Source: Promethearchaeota archaeon
GTDB lineage: Archaea > Asgardarchaeota > Lokiarchaeia > Sigyniarchaeales > SOKP01
DNA length: 64,000 nt
Assembly: GCA_030603385.1 (NCBI GenBank)
Contig: JAUVXW010000017.1
Span: 1-64,000, forward strand
Reading direction: 5' to 3'
Shown here: in pieces, positions 1 to 10,253 of the stretch
Numbering within the stretch: the stretch's first letter is position 1
How the letters are laid out: the number at the start of each line of letters is the position of its first letter
Notes under the pieces: model-generated
What the model was told of the DNA's origin: nothing
Seen by the model: the letters and a program-made list of their open reading frames with translations, nothing else
The model's database searches: none
Translations under genes and position numbers: made by a program

Positions 1-277
1 TTCCTAGGAGATTGGTTGTGACATTCCACCCAAGTAAATTTTTTGCCGTATTAAGGGCTAATAAATAAAGATTAAGTTTAAATTTCTCCATTCGGATTGG
101 AAATACGGGAATAGAATCAGCAGCAAAAACTAGGTCTGGTAGCCCTAAAGCCACCGAAATTATTTTTTTTTTTTCATTATCTCTTTTTTTTCTTAAAAAT
201 TCATTTCCTGTGAGAAAATTGTATGCGATCTTCAACACTGAAGTAAAACTTACAACGTCGTCAGCATAGATACTCAT
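1..277 (-). CDS. 2-hydroxyacyl-CoA dehydratase family subunit, N-terminal part (runs off the window edge); paralog of 1140..2501
   Basis: Not in the ORF track. Manual translation from ATG at 277 gives MSIYADDVVSFTSVLKIAYNFLTGNEFLRKKRDNEKKKIISVALGLPDLVFAADSIPVFPIRMEKF..., colinear with MSLVADELIRFSSVLRIAYNFLTGRDYL...IPVFPIRMHNF of 1140..2501. Confidence 0.85.
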   Translation of the reverse strand, partial: MSIYADDVVSFTSVLKIAYNFLTGNEFLRKKRDNEKKKIISVALGLPDLVFAADSIPVFPIRMEKFKLNLYLLALNTAKNLLGWNVTTNLLG

Positions 278-363
278 TATTTAGAAGAACTCCGAAAGGT
301 TTAGATAATGTGTTTTTTTTTTTTTTAAGATTATTAATCATATGTTTGTATTAAAACTATTTT

Positions 364-1080
364 TTATTGAGTACAGATATTTGCAAAATTTATTATAATT
401 TCTTCTCCATATCGTTTTGCTTCTTTAATAATTTCTTCATCATCTTGATTTCTATAGGTATAATCTGCAAGGTGAGTTTCAGGATGAAATTGAACTGAAT
501 AAATTGGTCTATTTATATGACGCATATATTGGATTGTATTGTAACCATTTAGAACTTTCGTTGCTATTATTTCGAATTTCTTTTGTATTTTAAGGTCATC
601 TGGGGGTATAAAGTCTCGATGTTGAATATCTACAAATATTTTTTTATGCGGAATCAACTTATCAGTTTTGTTTAACAAAAGTGGAATGATACTTCCACCA
701 TCGTGGGGAATATTCATTCGATATACTTTTCCATTAAAAGCAAAGCCAGTTAAATGGAGACCATAACAAATTGCTAATATAGGTATGTTTTTAGCTTTTT
801 CAATTAGTTTAAGCACAGATTTGAATTTCTTTCGTAAGACTTTATTGCCATAAAAATCAGACACATTGATTTCTGATCCTGTGAGAATTATCCCCCTGAT
901 AGACTTCAAAATCTCCATATCTACTTGAGAGTAATGGATAACTTTAACACTAAACTTAGTGATCTTTTGTCTAAAAATTTCCACCAAGTTTCTTAATCGG
1001 TCGGTCTTAAAGTTAACTGAATAATTATCAATTATATAGATTAGATTATTGCTTTTGTTTTTTTTTATTTCTTTAATCAT
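364..1080 (-). CDS. Stand-alone class I glutamine amidotransferase-like protein (GMP synthase subunit A / peptidase C26-like)
   Basis: IILTGS, nucleophile elbow AICYG and VQFHPE give the Cys-His-Glu triad. Confidence 0.85.
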   Translation of the reverse strand: MIKEIKKNKSNNLIYIIDNYSVNFKTDRLRNLVEIFRQKITKFSVKVIHYSQVDMEILKSIRGIILTGSEINVSDFYGNKVLRKKFKSVLKLIEKAKNIPILAICYGLHLTGFAFNGKVYRMNIPHDGGSIIPLLLNKTDKLIPHKKIFVDIQHRDFIPPDDLKIQKKFEIIATKVLNGYNTIQYMRHINRPIYSVQFHPETHLADYTYRNQDDEEIIKEAKRYGEEIIINFANICTQ

Positions 1081-1139
1081 AATTCTCCATTTTCAAGCTT
1101 TTATTAGCATAGTTAACTAAGGTTTCTGTTGGATTATGA

Positions 1140-2501
1140 TTATTGTTTGTACATTTCCATGAATGCACCTAATCTTGTGCGAACTTGCTCTACATTTTCT
1201 CCCATTTTATTAAAATTAAGCGCTATACTTGGTATCTCTAATTCTCGACGTATCTTTTCTTTTAACATAGTATAACAATTTGATACAGAATGACATCCAA
1301 ATACTTGTACAAAAACAAGCCCATCAACCTTTAAATTCTTAGCTAATCTTACATAGGAATCTGTTAGTGTATCGTTATCACACCCAATGCCATTTGAGTT
1401 TACATTCATTAAAAATTGAGCATAAGCTTCAACAGGGTCGGTTCTGTTTGAAATCGGTATATCATCCAAAAATCGTAACAAATCCCAATCTCCATATAAG
1501 ACTCTTCCTCCAAATTCGTAGATTATATCATGAGTTTTTGGTTCCCAACCTCCAAACATAGGAGTAATTAAAATTTTGGGCATTTTTGAAACATCCATAC
1601 CAATGCCCTTATTAATTCTCCCTCTCATTTCGTTTAACAACAGAGTAATATTATCTTTAAAACGAGTAGCATTGGAATTATAATCATGAAAACTTATATT
1701 TAATAAGGAAAGAATTTCAGAAAATGTTGCTGGATTACACGGATAGAAGTCGGCGGTACTTATATCATAAATTATTTTTCTATATGATTGATGAATTTGA
1801 TTAGCCGTTTGAAAGTGATTTCTCAATACATTATCACTATAACTATAATCACTAATTTTTTCTAATTCACTTATTCCTTGAGTAATGTTATCGATAAAAA
1901 GTTCTAACGTATTCCCAATATTTCTTGGGGGAATTTCAATCCAAATTTGTTTGGAAGGGTTCCCAATTGCTTGTATTGATTCTAGATATTTATTCCAAGT
2001 GCTACATCGAATCGTATAATTTAAATTTGCTTCACAATTCTTCCCTTTTGATACATTCATTCCATAAAGTGATTTAACTCCATAACAAAAGTCAGTAGAT
2101 ATTCCACTTTCTTCTCCAATATCATACATTTCATTGTATTTGCTGTTAATTGTATCTATTACGTTTTCGATTACATCATCGACTGTCTGACTTATATCTT
2201 TAATACCTAAATCTTTTACAAAACCCAAGAAATTGGTAACTCTATTCCACCCAAAAACATTTGAAGCAGAACCTAAATAAGTAAGATATTTATGAATCTC
2301 AAAGTTGTGCATTCTTATCGGAAAAACGGGAATTAAATCAGGAAATCCATAAACTAAGTCAGAAAAAGGTAACCCAATAGAAATTAACTTCTTTTTTTCT
2401 CGAAATTTTTTCCGCTTAAGATAGTCTCTTCCTGTTAAAAAATTATAAGCAATTCTTAACACGGAAGAAAATCTAATCAATTCATCAGCAACTAAACTCA
2501 T
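1140..2501 (-). CDS. 2-hydroxyacyl-CoA dehydratase (HgdA/B-like) subunit
   Basis: DFCYGVK, C-terminal VDGLVFVQVFGCH and EQVRTRLGAFME; lies next to a dehydratase activator. Confidence 0.8.
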   Translation of the reverse strand: MSLVADELIRFSSVLRIAYNFLTGRDYLKRKKFREKKKLISIGLPFSDLVYGFPDLIPVFPIRMHNFEIHKYLTYLGSASNVFGWNRVTNFLGFVKDLGIKDISQTVDDVIENVIDTINSKYNEMYDIGEESGISTDFCYGVKSLYGMNVSKGKNCEANLNYTIRCSTWNKYLESIQAIGNPSKQIWIEIPPRNIGNTLELFIDNITQGISELEKISDYSYSDNVLRNHFQTANQIHQSYRKIIYDISTADFYPCNPATFSEILSLLNISFHDYNSNATRFKDNITLLLNEMRGRINKGIGMDVSKMPKILITPMFGGWEPKTHDIIYEFGGRVLYGDWDLLRFLDDIPISNRTDPVEAYAQFLMNVNSNGIGCDNDTLTDSYVRLAKNLKVDGLVFVQVFGCHSVSNCYTMLKEKIRRELEIPSIALNFNKMGENVEQVRTRLGAFMEMYKQ

Positions 2502-2504
2502 CTT

Positions 2505-3636
2505 TTACATCATCTCCAAAAATGCCTCTATCCTTGTTGATAATTGTCCCCTGTTAGCTCTTGAATAATCTCTTTCTAAATTCAATACATAAATGCCTTT
2601 TTCTTTTAACTGATTTTTTAAATGGGAGGACATAATTGACATGTGATCGCAAAACTTAATTATGTGGTTTATAACACCTATTTTTTTTCCCGTTTTCTTT
2701 TCATAATTTATGAAAAAGTTCTCTATATGTGATACTTTCCGTTCAAGGAAATTTGGAACTGAATGATCTCCGTAAATATTTTTCTCAAATCGATGGGTTA
2801 ATAAATCAATAGAATCTTTTGAAGCGTTTAAAACCTTATCATCAATTATTTGGTAATAATAATTAAACCCAACCCATGTATCAAAAAATACAACATTTCC
2901 ACCACCCTCTTCAATTAAATCATTTAAATAATCATCAATGAAAATTGAGCAACCTGTTAGTAAAATATCTTTTGATTCCTCTGATTTTTGGGTTTGTGAT
3001 TGCTCTAAGATTATATTGTCTAGTTCAGGGAGGATAACAGGACCATATAACATCGCTTTTTGAAAAATTTTTAACTTTTGAGAACCCTTTAAGGTTAAAT
3101 TGCTTATTTCTAATATTTTTTTTTTTTAAAATATTATATTTCTTAATACTATCCATTAAATCCTGATTATCTATTTTTGTTCCTGTGATCTCTTCAAGCT
3201 GTTTTTTTAGATCTAATAATTCTAGTTTGAAGTATTTCAAACTGTTCCCGGTTTTTGTGTAGGATACATAAAAATTCAAACGTTGTATATTAAAATATTT
3301 AGCTATAACTTCAGACGCACATATATCTGATACACAATGATTTGAGACAATAAAATAATCTATTAACTCTAAAAACCTATAAGGATCCGGTTTTACGGAA
3401 AATACGCCTATACAAGATTGAGCAAATGCACAAGTTGAGGGAGAAAGAAAATCATGACTAGCATCCATTAACTCATCATTTCCAGCAAAGATCAATCTTA
3501 GGGGAACAAATCCAGCAGCATCTATTAATTCTTCTGGGATGTTATCATGTGACATGAATGCCACAACTTTTTTACCCTCTCCCTTCTTTTCTTTAAGGAA
3601 TGTATAATATTCCGATAGAAGCTCAAAGTTGTACAT
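2505..3636 (-). pseudogene. 2-hydroxyacyl-CoA dehydratase subunit split by a +1 frameshift at an A12 run (ORFs 3025..3636 and 2505..3053); may be intact in vivo
   Basis: N-half has IPEELIDAAGFVP and STCAFAQSC; C-half has IIKFCDH and GQLSTRIEAFLEM. Removing one T from the run at 3116-3127 joins them into a 376-aa ORF. Confidence 0.8.
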
Positions 3637-3726
3637 TTTCTTAAATAAAATAATTCTGAATTAATAATCAAAAAATAGTTAATTGCTCATAAAATTTATT
3701 GATATTAAAAATAAAGACAGAATGTA

Positions 3727-4506
3727 TTATCCGCCATTATGTTCTTGAGCAATTAAAGCTGCTCCGATGGCACCAGTTAGTTGTGGTTGATCAGGAGTAA
3801 CTATTTCATATCCAAACTCTTCTTCTAAGAAGCTTTTAACTGCCACATTTTTAGCTACACCTCCACAAAAAACTAGCAAAGGCGCTACACCTATACGTTT
3901 AGCCATGCCTGCAACTCTTCTAGCAATTGATTTATGAATGCCTGCAGCAATATTTTCTTTATTAGTTCCTTTAGCAAAAAGTGAAATTACTTCGGATTCT
4001 GCAAAAACTGTACATGTAGAACTGATTGACGCGGGTTTATTTGATTTTAGAGCTAATCCTCCAATTTCATCAATGGGGACCTCAAGTGCATGAGCCATTA
4101 CCTCTAAGAAACGCCCTGTTCCCGCTGCGCACTTATCGTTCATCTGGAAGTCGATTACATTCCCTGTTTTCTTAGATATTACAATTGCTTTACTATCTTG
4201 ACCGCCTATGTCTATAACAGAGTGAGCCTCTTGGAAGAAAAATTGGACTCCCCGTGCGTGAGCAGTTATTTCAGTAATTCGATCATCAGCGAAATCAATA
4301 GTGTTCCGTCCATAACCAGTCGACATAACAAAAACATCATCTCTGTTTAAATTGTTTGCTTCTAAGATATCATTAAATAAATTGAGCCCTATTCTCTTAA
4401 AGTCGAAGGTAGATCTCTCTGTTCGAAAATCTAACAAATTTCCATTATCAAGTAAAGCAATCTTAGTTGCTAATGAGCCAATATCTATTCCTACGAATGC
4501 TTTCAA
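3727..4506 (-). CDS. hgdC: 2-hydroxyacyl-CoA dehydratase activator (HgdC/BadFG ASKHA ATPase, 4Fe-4S)
   Basis: GIDIGS, STGYGR, EITAHARG, IDIGGQDSK, MNDKCAAGTGRFLE, ISSTCTVFAESE, GGVAKN. Confidence 0.93.
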   Translation of the reverse strand: MKAFVGIDIGSLATKIALLDNGNLLDFRTERSTFDFKRIGLNLFNDILEANNLNRDDVFVMSTGYGRNTIDFADDRITEITAHARGVQFFFQEAHSVIDIGGQDSKAIVISKKTGNVIDFQMNDKCAAGTGRFLEVMAHALEVPIDEIGGLALKSNKPASISSTCTVFAESEVISLFAKGTNKENIAAGIHKSIARRVAGMAKRIGVAPLLVFCGGVAKNVAVKSFLEEEFGYEIVTPDQPQLTGAIGAALIAQEHNGG

Positions 4507-4704
4507 AATAAATCTCGACGTTATTTATTTATATCGGTAAAAATGAAACCTAAAAGATAAAATTTATTATAATAAAATAGTAAATTAATTGACCATAGAT
4601 TTGTTATTTTTAAGTATGTTTTGACTTTTTCGAACATTCTTATTAATATCTTTTCGTTTTATATTTGGAGTAAGAAATCTAAGTTATTAATATACCTTAT
4701 AATT

Positions 4705-5379
4705 TTAGATACCAAGCAATATTGATACAAGGAGAGTTACAATCCCAGCTGTAACTAAGTGCAAAGCATATCTTACACGTCCTCCTCCTGAAATCTTTCC
4801 TAAGTAGTTCCCTAAATACACAAGCAAGGCACCAAGTATAATATAAGAAGAGATAAAATGCATAAGTGTTAAAGTTCCACCAAAGAAAAATGGAAGTAAA
4901 GGCAGGGAAGATCCTAACACTGGAGCACCTCCGTCAACCAAAGAAGCAACTATAGTTGCGAAATCCTCAGCTTTTTCGAGCAAAGTCTTTTTTTTTTTAT
5001 TTTTCTTTTTATTGATATTTTTTCTTTCATGTTCCGATGGATCTCTATTTTCATCTTTTTCTTCTTCGAATATCGCCATATCTTTTTTCATATCATCTAC
5101 TTTCTTCTTTCTTTCAGCCTCTTCAGAAAGAAAAGCACCCCATAAACCACTTATACCAATAGCCAATGCTGTAGCGAAACCAGTAACAATAACGGTTTGA
5201 GGGGTAAATTGACTTGCATCTGAGCTCAGAAAAATAACGAAAATACCACTCACAATTCCAGCGCAAGTTAAAGCACCATCAAAGCAGTTATTAAAAAATT
5301 TACGTCGGGCAATTATACCCAAATCAGAAATTTTTGAATATTCTTTCCAACTCTTTAGAGTTTTACGAAATTTTCCCAA
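4705..5379 (-). CDS. VIT1/CCC1-family membrane transporter
   Basis: FDGALT, AIGISGLWGAFLSEEAE and LPLLPF; hydrophobic helices flank a charged cytoplasmic loop. Confidence 0.75.
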   Translation of the reverse strand: MGKFRKTLKSWKEYSKISDLGIIARRKFFNNCFDGALTCAGIVSGIFVIFLSSDASQFTPQTVIVTGFATALAIGISGLWGAFLSEEAERKKKVDDMKKDMAIFEEEKDENRDPSEHERKNINKKKNKKKKTLLEKAEDFATIVASLVDGGAPVLGSSLPLLPFFFGGTLTLMHFISSYIILGALLVYLGNYLGKISGGGRVRYALHLVTAGIVTLLVSILLGI

Positions 5380-5587
5380 TTCTATACGCCAAAAATCGTT
5401 GTTAAATTAAAAATTTAGTCTCTTACTTCCCAAATTATTCAAATTGTATTGAAGTACTTATTTAATATTATATTTTATCTTTATTATATTTTTTATTAGA
5501 AGGGATTTATATATACAGGACTAATTTCTGTGTAAATAAAAAAATAAGGATTATAGTTAAAAATTACATGTTAAAATTGGCGTTAAT

Positions 5588-6373
5588 TTAGTTCCCTTTA
5601 AACTTACCATCACGTTTTCCGAAAAAGGAAGCAATTCCTTCTTTTAAATCGTCTGTTTGAAGGGTTAACATTAACTGATCCATATCCATATGCATTAATG
5701 CTTGGTCTAAAGCCCCACTAATATGGTTAATCGTTTTTTTAATCATTTGGGCAGAAATGGGTGGCATTGCAGCATAATCCTTAGCGATTTCAATTGCTCG
5801 CTCTAATAATTTTTCTTTTGGTACTACTTCACTTAAGAAACCCCATTTTAAAAGTGTTTGGGCATCATTATTTTTCCCTAATATTGTCATTTCTTTTGCA
5901 AATGTAGGCCCAATTAAATGCACAACAATTGGGAGGATTGTCCAACTTAAACTCATCCCCAAACGATCTTCTGGAAATCCTGCCATACATTTTTCATTTC
6001 CAATGCGAAAATCAAGAGCAGAAGCAATACAACACCCCCCGCCAAATGCACCTCCATTAATTGCAGCAATTGTTATTTGGTCCATCATGTATAGTTTGCG
6101 AGTCATTCTTGGTCCATTCTGAATTGCTCTTTGTCTTCCAAGCACCGTTGTTGGTCCTCCTTGTTCTGTCAAATCCCTTCCAACGCAAAAATGTTTACCT
6201 GCTCCTGTAAAAATCACAACACGAGTCTCTGTATCTTTCTGAAACTCCTCTGTTAACTGTTCAATTTCAGTCATTAAATTATTAGTGAGTGTATTTAGTT
6301 GTTCTGGGCGATTTAATGTAACAATTGCGATGTGATCATCACGTTTTTCTACAATTAGATTTTTATATTCCAT
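5588..6373 (-). CDS. Enoyl-CoA hydratase/isomerase (crotonase) family protein
   Basis: VTLNRPEQLN, FCVGRDL, IAAINGGAFGGG and EGIASFFGKR. Confidence 0.92.
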   Translation of the reverse strand: MEYKNLIVEKRDDHIAIVTLNRPEQLNTLTNNLMTEIEQLTEEFQKDTETRVVIFTGAGKHFCVGRDLTEQGGPTTVLGRQRAIQNGPRMTRKLYMMDQITIAAINGGAFGGGCCIASALDFRIGNEKCMAGFPEDRLGMSLSWTILPIVVHLIGPTFAKEMTILGKNNDAQTLLKWGFLSEVVPKEKLLERAIEIAKDYAAMPPISAQMIKKTINHISGALDQALMHMDMDQLMLTLQTDDLKEGIASFFGKRDGKFKGN

Positions 6374-6576
6374 ATTAACTCACTTTAAAACAAAACTTTT
6401 GATTTCAATATGATATTTTAGATCTAAAAATCAATAATCATTGAAAAACTAATTAGAAATTTCTAATAAAAACAACTAAAAACTCTTTCTAATTTATATT
6501 CTACAAAGTCTAAATTTTTAATAGTCTAATTATTAATATTAATATCAGAAAAAAAATATATTTTAATGGAATTCTT

Positions 6577-7215
6577 ATGAATAAGATTAAAGACGAAATT
6601 ATTTCAATGTTAATTGAACATTCAAGGATCATTTATTCTGTTATTTCGGATATGGGTGTTTACTATTCAACCTGGGCTAAAGATTACGAGTCTAATAAGG
6701 ACACCTTAGAAAAGAAAAAGAGTAAGATGCAACTTCGCGAAGAAGATGCAGATGCTATTAAAATTCAATTAATCCAAAAATATTCTGAAGCTGGACCGCA
6801 AGGCTTGGGAGACTATATAGCATTAATCTTGAGAATGGATAATGTTATTAATTACCCTCTTGAGTTTGTTGACATGTTACCAAAAATAAAATTAGACGGC
6901 GGAAAGGTTGATGAAATAAATAAAAGATATGAAAAATTGATTAATAAAACTATTAATATGGCTAGTGTCTTAAAATCGACAATAAAAAGCCTAAGAGATA
7001 AACCTGAAGTTGTATTTAAAAACACTACGACAATCCATGAAATTGAAAATGAGATTGATACTATATATCGTCAGTTTCTTGAATATCTGTATTCCAATGA
7101 GGATTTAGATATTAGGAAACTTCTAAGAATTAGAGATAGTATCGTTTTACTGGAAAGTATGTGCGATAAAATCCATGATATAGCCGATATCATAAGAGTT
7201 CTGTTATACCAATAA
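6577..7215 (+). CDS. DUF47/PhoU-like helical protein (phosphate transport regulator family)
   Basis: Duplicated EEDAD and ENEID motifs, LESMCDKIHDIAD; all-helical composition. Confidence 0.75.
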   Translation: MNKIKDEIISMLIEHSRIIYSVISDMGVYYSTWAKDYESNKDTLEKKKSKMQLREEDADAIKIQLIQKYSEAGPQGLGDYIALILRMDNVINYPLEFVDMLPKIKLDGGKVDEINKRYEKLINKTINMASVLKSTIKSLRDKPEVVFKNTTTIHEIENEIDTIYRQFLEYLYSNEDLDIRKLLRIRDSIVLLESMCDKIHDIADIIRVLLYQ

Positions 7216-7410
7216 GATTTAGGACTAAAGATGAAAGATAGTGAATGAATTCACCGTTAATAAATAAAACTCTTTTTTTATTCCATTCTTGGTTATTACA
7301 AGTATTTGAGATCTCTATTTTATGTTCTTCTCATAGCAAAATTTATACGCGTAATTTAATTTATTACATTTAAAACAAGTTTTTTAAATAAAAACGAAGA
7401 TGTAAGAAAT

Positions 7411-7773
7411 ATGAATGGTAAACATAAATTTTATTTATTACTTGGAATATTTCAAGTGGTATTGATTTTCTTAGTAATTTTCACATCAAATGGAATTGTA
7501 TCTTTTGCTAGTGCTCAGGGTACTACATTTGAGTATTATGATTCAGGAACCACAGCTACTTTAGCAATAGCCGTAGCATTATCTGTAAGTTTTTCAGTAC
7601 TCGGAAGTGCTTGGGCTATGAAAACAGTGGGTACAGCAGCTATAAGTGCACTTTCAGAAAGAGAAGAAGCCTTCTTTAAAGCGTTTCTTGTTGTTGCCTT
7701 ATGCGAAGCACTAGCAGTTTACGGATTAATTGTAGGAATTTTACTATGGACAAAAATCCCTACACCTATATGA
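7411..7773 (+). CDS. atpK: A/V-type ATPase proteolipid subunit K (c), single hairpin with an N-terminal hydrophobic leader
   Basis: Ion-carrying Glu in ALCEALAVYGLIV; first gene of the ATPase operon. Confidence 0.92.
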   Translation: MNGKHKFYLLLGIFQVVLIFLVIFTSNGIVSFASAQGTTFEYYDSGTTATLAIAVALSVSFSVLGSAWAMKTVGTAAISALSEREEAFFKAFLVVALCEALAVYGLIVGILLWTKIPTPI

Positions 7774-7826
7774 GTTAATTTTTTTATTTCTATACCACAA
7801 ATAATTTTGATTTTGGTGATTTTTGA

Positions 7827-8876
7827 ACGAGTGTTATTGTCGATAGCTATGCTTTTACTCTAATCAAAATTGGTTTTTTGAAACAATTAATAATGGATGA
7901 AATAACTCTAAAAAAGTTAGAAGATATCACCAATATAGAACAGTTAATTGAGTACATTGGAAGGTTTTACCCGGGATTAACCTTTGATTCTTTTACTATT
8001 GAAGAAATTGAGAGAGCATTATTTCATACTTATATAAAATTAATTGGAAGAATAATAGTGCATTCTCCAAGAACTATGCGTTCATTTCTTAGGAATTACC
8101 TTATGAAGTATGAAATAATGAATATTAAACGTATTATTTTAGGCACTATTCTTGGAATGAGTATAAACGATAAATCAAAACTGGTTAATAAACTCGTAGA
8201 AAAATACTTAAACAATACAGATTTCATAAACGGGCTTCTAGAAATTACATCTTTAGATCAAATTCAATTTTATATGAAAAATACTAAATATAATAAAGCC
8301 ATAAGAGAAGGAATTCTTTACTTTCGAAATACTAAAGAAATTTTTGTGTTAGAAGCCTTCCTAGATAGACTCTATTATGAAACTATGGAAAATGAAATAA
8401 AATTTCTAAATCTTAAAGAAAAAGTAATGATCTCTTTCTATGTGAATTATATATCTGAGATATATAATTTGAATATAATATATAGAGGTATTAAGATCAA
8501 TATTGACAGGAATTTACTTTCACAGTTCCTTGTTAACAATTATATGTTCTTGAATCAAGGATCTCTAAATGATCTATTAAATCTAACTAGTATTAATGAT
8601 TTCATCACACTTTTATCTGAATTTTTAATTAGAAAAAAGGAAATAAGACCCAATTTACTACGTTCTCCTCTTAAAGGAGAACATTTGATTTGGGAAATTG
8701 AAAAGCTATATTTGGATTACTTTTTTAGAACATTTCAAATAAAAATAGATGATATAGCATATCAATCAATTTTCAGGATTATGGAGTTGTTAATTAGAAA
8801 AGATAATGAAATTAAAATTCATGTATTACCTAGGGTTGTAGAGATTTTACATGAAAAATATAAGGTGTTAAAATAA
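7827..8876 (+). CDS. atpC: A/V-type ATPase subunit C (d); proposed ACG start at 7827 (ORF track TTG 7878)
   Basis: KYEIMNIKRII, LEAFLDRLYY and operon position. The frame is open upstream to TGA 7824 and encodes SVIVDSYAFTLIKIGFLK, matching the family N-terminal YA-x4-I helix. Confidence 0.85.
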   Translation, partial: TSVIVDSYAFTLIKIGFLKQLIMDEITLKKLEDITNIEQLIEYIGRFYPGLTFDSFTIEEIERALFHTYIKLIGRIIVHSPRTMRSFLRNYLMKYEIMNIKRIILGTILGMSINDKSKLVNKLVEKYLNNTDFINGLLEITSLDQIQFYMKNTKYNKAIREGILYFRNTKEIFVLEAFLDRLYYETMENEIKFLNLKEKVMISFYVNYISEIYNLNIIYRGIKINIDRNLLSQFLVNNYMFLNQGSLNDLLNLTSINDFITLLSEFLIRKKEIRPNLLRSPLKGEHLIWEIEKLYLDYFFRTFQIKIDDIAYQSIFRIMELLIRKDNEIKIHVLPRVVEILHEKYKVLK

Positions 8877-9187
8877 TGGATCTTTTTGAAAATTTAAAAG
8901 ACATTGAAAAGGTTTATGAAGATCTAGTAAATAATGCTAAGAATTTAAACTTAAAAGAAATTGAGAAATATAGAGATAATGAACAAAGGACATTTGAGAG
9001 ATTTATTATCGAGAAGAATGAGCTTGTAAATGAGGTATTGGGAACACTTGCTAAAGAAGTTAATACAAAAATTAATAATTTTGAAAATAAATTTGATGGA
9101 GCAATTAAAAAGATTGAGTTACATTTTCAAAAAAGTATTAGGAATCTACAGAAAATAATTATAGAAGAGGTAGGGCTAGATTTCTAA
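8876..9187 (+). CDS. atpH: A/V-type ATPase peripheral stalk subunit H/G
   Basis: 103-aa charged coiled coil (LKDIEK..E.LVNNAK) between subunits C and F, with overlapping stop/start codons. Confidence 0.7.
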   Translation: MDLFENLKDIEKVYEDLVNNAKNLNLKEIEKYRDNEQRTFERFIIEKNELVNEVLGTLAKEVNTKINNFENKFDGAIKKIELHFQKSIRNLQKIIIEEVGLDF

Positions 9188-9513
9188 TGTTCGATAAAGA
9201 AGTTCATATTGTTGGGGATGAAGATATTGTTTTAATGTTAGGACTTCTAGGAATAGAGGGTACAATAATTGAAAACCGAGAAGAATTCCTAAAAGTATTT
9301 AATAATTTGATAAATCTACCAAAAATAGGAATGATTCTTATAGCATTAAGGTTATCTAATGATATAATTGATTTTCTGTTAGATTTTAAACTAAATAACA
9401 AAGAACCATTTATATTTATTCTTCCTGATGTTTTTCAGCCAAATGTAGAAAGGTTAGATGTCCTTTTAAATAAAATCTCCAATGCAATTAGCGATATAGA
9501 GTTGTTAAAATGA
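9187..9513 (+). CDS. atpF: A/V-type ATPase subunit F
   Basis: HIVGDEDIVLMLGLLGI and PFIFILPD. Confidence 0.88.
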   Translation: MFDKEVHIVGDEDIVLMLGLLGIEGTIIENREEFLKVFNNLINLPKIGMILIALRLSNDIIDFLLDFKLNNKEPFIFILPDVFQPNVERLDVLLNKISNAISDIELLK

Positions 9514-9524
9514 GTTGAGTAAAA

Positions 9525-10253
9525 ATTTCTGAAGAAAAAGAGTTTAAAAAACAGCTAGGTAATTTAGGCCGTTATTTAATTGAGAAAGCCCAAAATGAAA
9601 TAAAGGAATTAAATCAAAAAACCCTTTTTCAAAAAGCTGAAATAAAAAAAAGGTTTTTAGAAAGGAGTGATGATAGAGAGATCAAATTGAAGCAACATTT
9701 TATAGATAGTTACTATCAATTTTTAAATCAGTCATTGTCTTTAACTCTACTGAATGGTAAAGAAAAATTTTTAAATATAAAAAATAATTTAATTAAAAAA
9801 TTAAATGCATCGTTATTTAAGCTCATAAGAGAAAAAATGGATAATAATTATGCTTCATATATAGACTATCTTTTAGATTCAATAAAAAATGTAAAGAAAA
9901 CCATAGACAGGCCCCAGGAGATAGAATTAATTTTTAACCATAAAGATTATAACTATTTTATTAAGAATTTTGATAAAATTGTAGATTTATTTAAGAATCC
10001 AATAGAAATTAATGAAGATAAAAGAGACTTCATAGGTGGATTTAAAGTTTCTCTAGTGGGGGGGGTAATATCTTACGATTATACAATTGACAATCTAATT
10101 AATAAAAATTCCTCCTTTATTCAGATGGAAATATCCAAAATCATAAATGACTCTGAAATTAAGGAGATTGAAATAGAATTTGAAGAATTTATTAAAAATC
10201 ATAAAAAATTAATTACAGAATACCTAACTCAGTATGATCAAATCCAAAACTAA
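9525..10253 (+). CDS. atpE: A/V-type ATPase subunit E; proposed ATT start at 9525 (ORF track TTG 9687)
   Basis: C-terminal DFIGGFKV...SYDYTIDNL. The frame is open from 9519 and encodes the N-terminal stalk helix SEEKEFKKQLGNLGRYLIEKAQNEIKEL. Confidence 0.82.
   Translation: MSEEKEFKKQLGNLGRYLIEKAQNEIKELNQKTLFQKAEIKKRFLERSDDREIKLKQHFIDSYYQFLNQSLSLTLLNGKEKFLNIKNNLIKKLNASLFKLIREKMDNNYASYIDYLLDSIKNVKKTIDRPQEIELIFNHKDYNYFIKNFDKIVDLFKNPIEINEDKRDFIGGFKVSLVGGVISYDYTIDNLINKNSSFIQMEISKIINDSEIKEIEIEFEEFIKNHKKLITEYLTQYDQIQN

Noticed and set aside
7241-7254. GTGAA-TGAA-TTCAC inverted repeat upstream of the ATPase operon, similar to the cdhA palindrome
   Set aside because: Only 5-bp arms and a different spacer; expected by chance in AT-rich DNA.
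9510-9524. ATG-AGT-TGA in frame with atpE, suggesting selenocysteine or stop readthrough
   Set aside because: A Sec at residue 3 of a structural stalk subunit is implausible and no SECIS-like hairpin was recognised. The SD-like GAGTTGA with ATT 9525 explains the extension more simply, though readthrough is not formally excluded.
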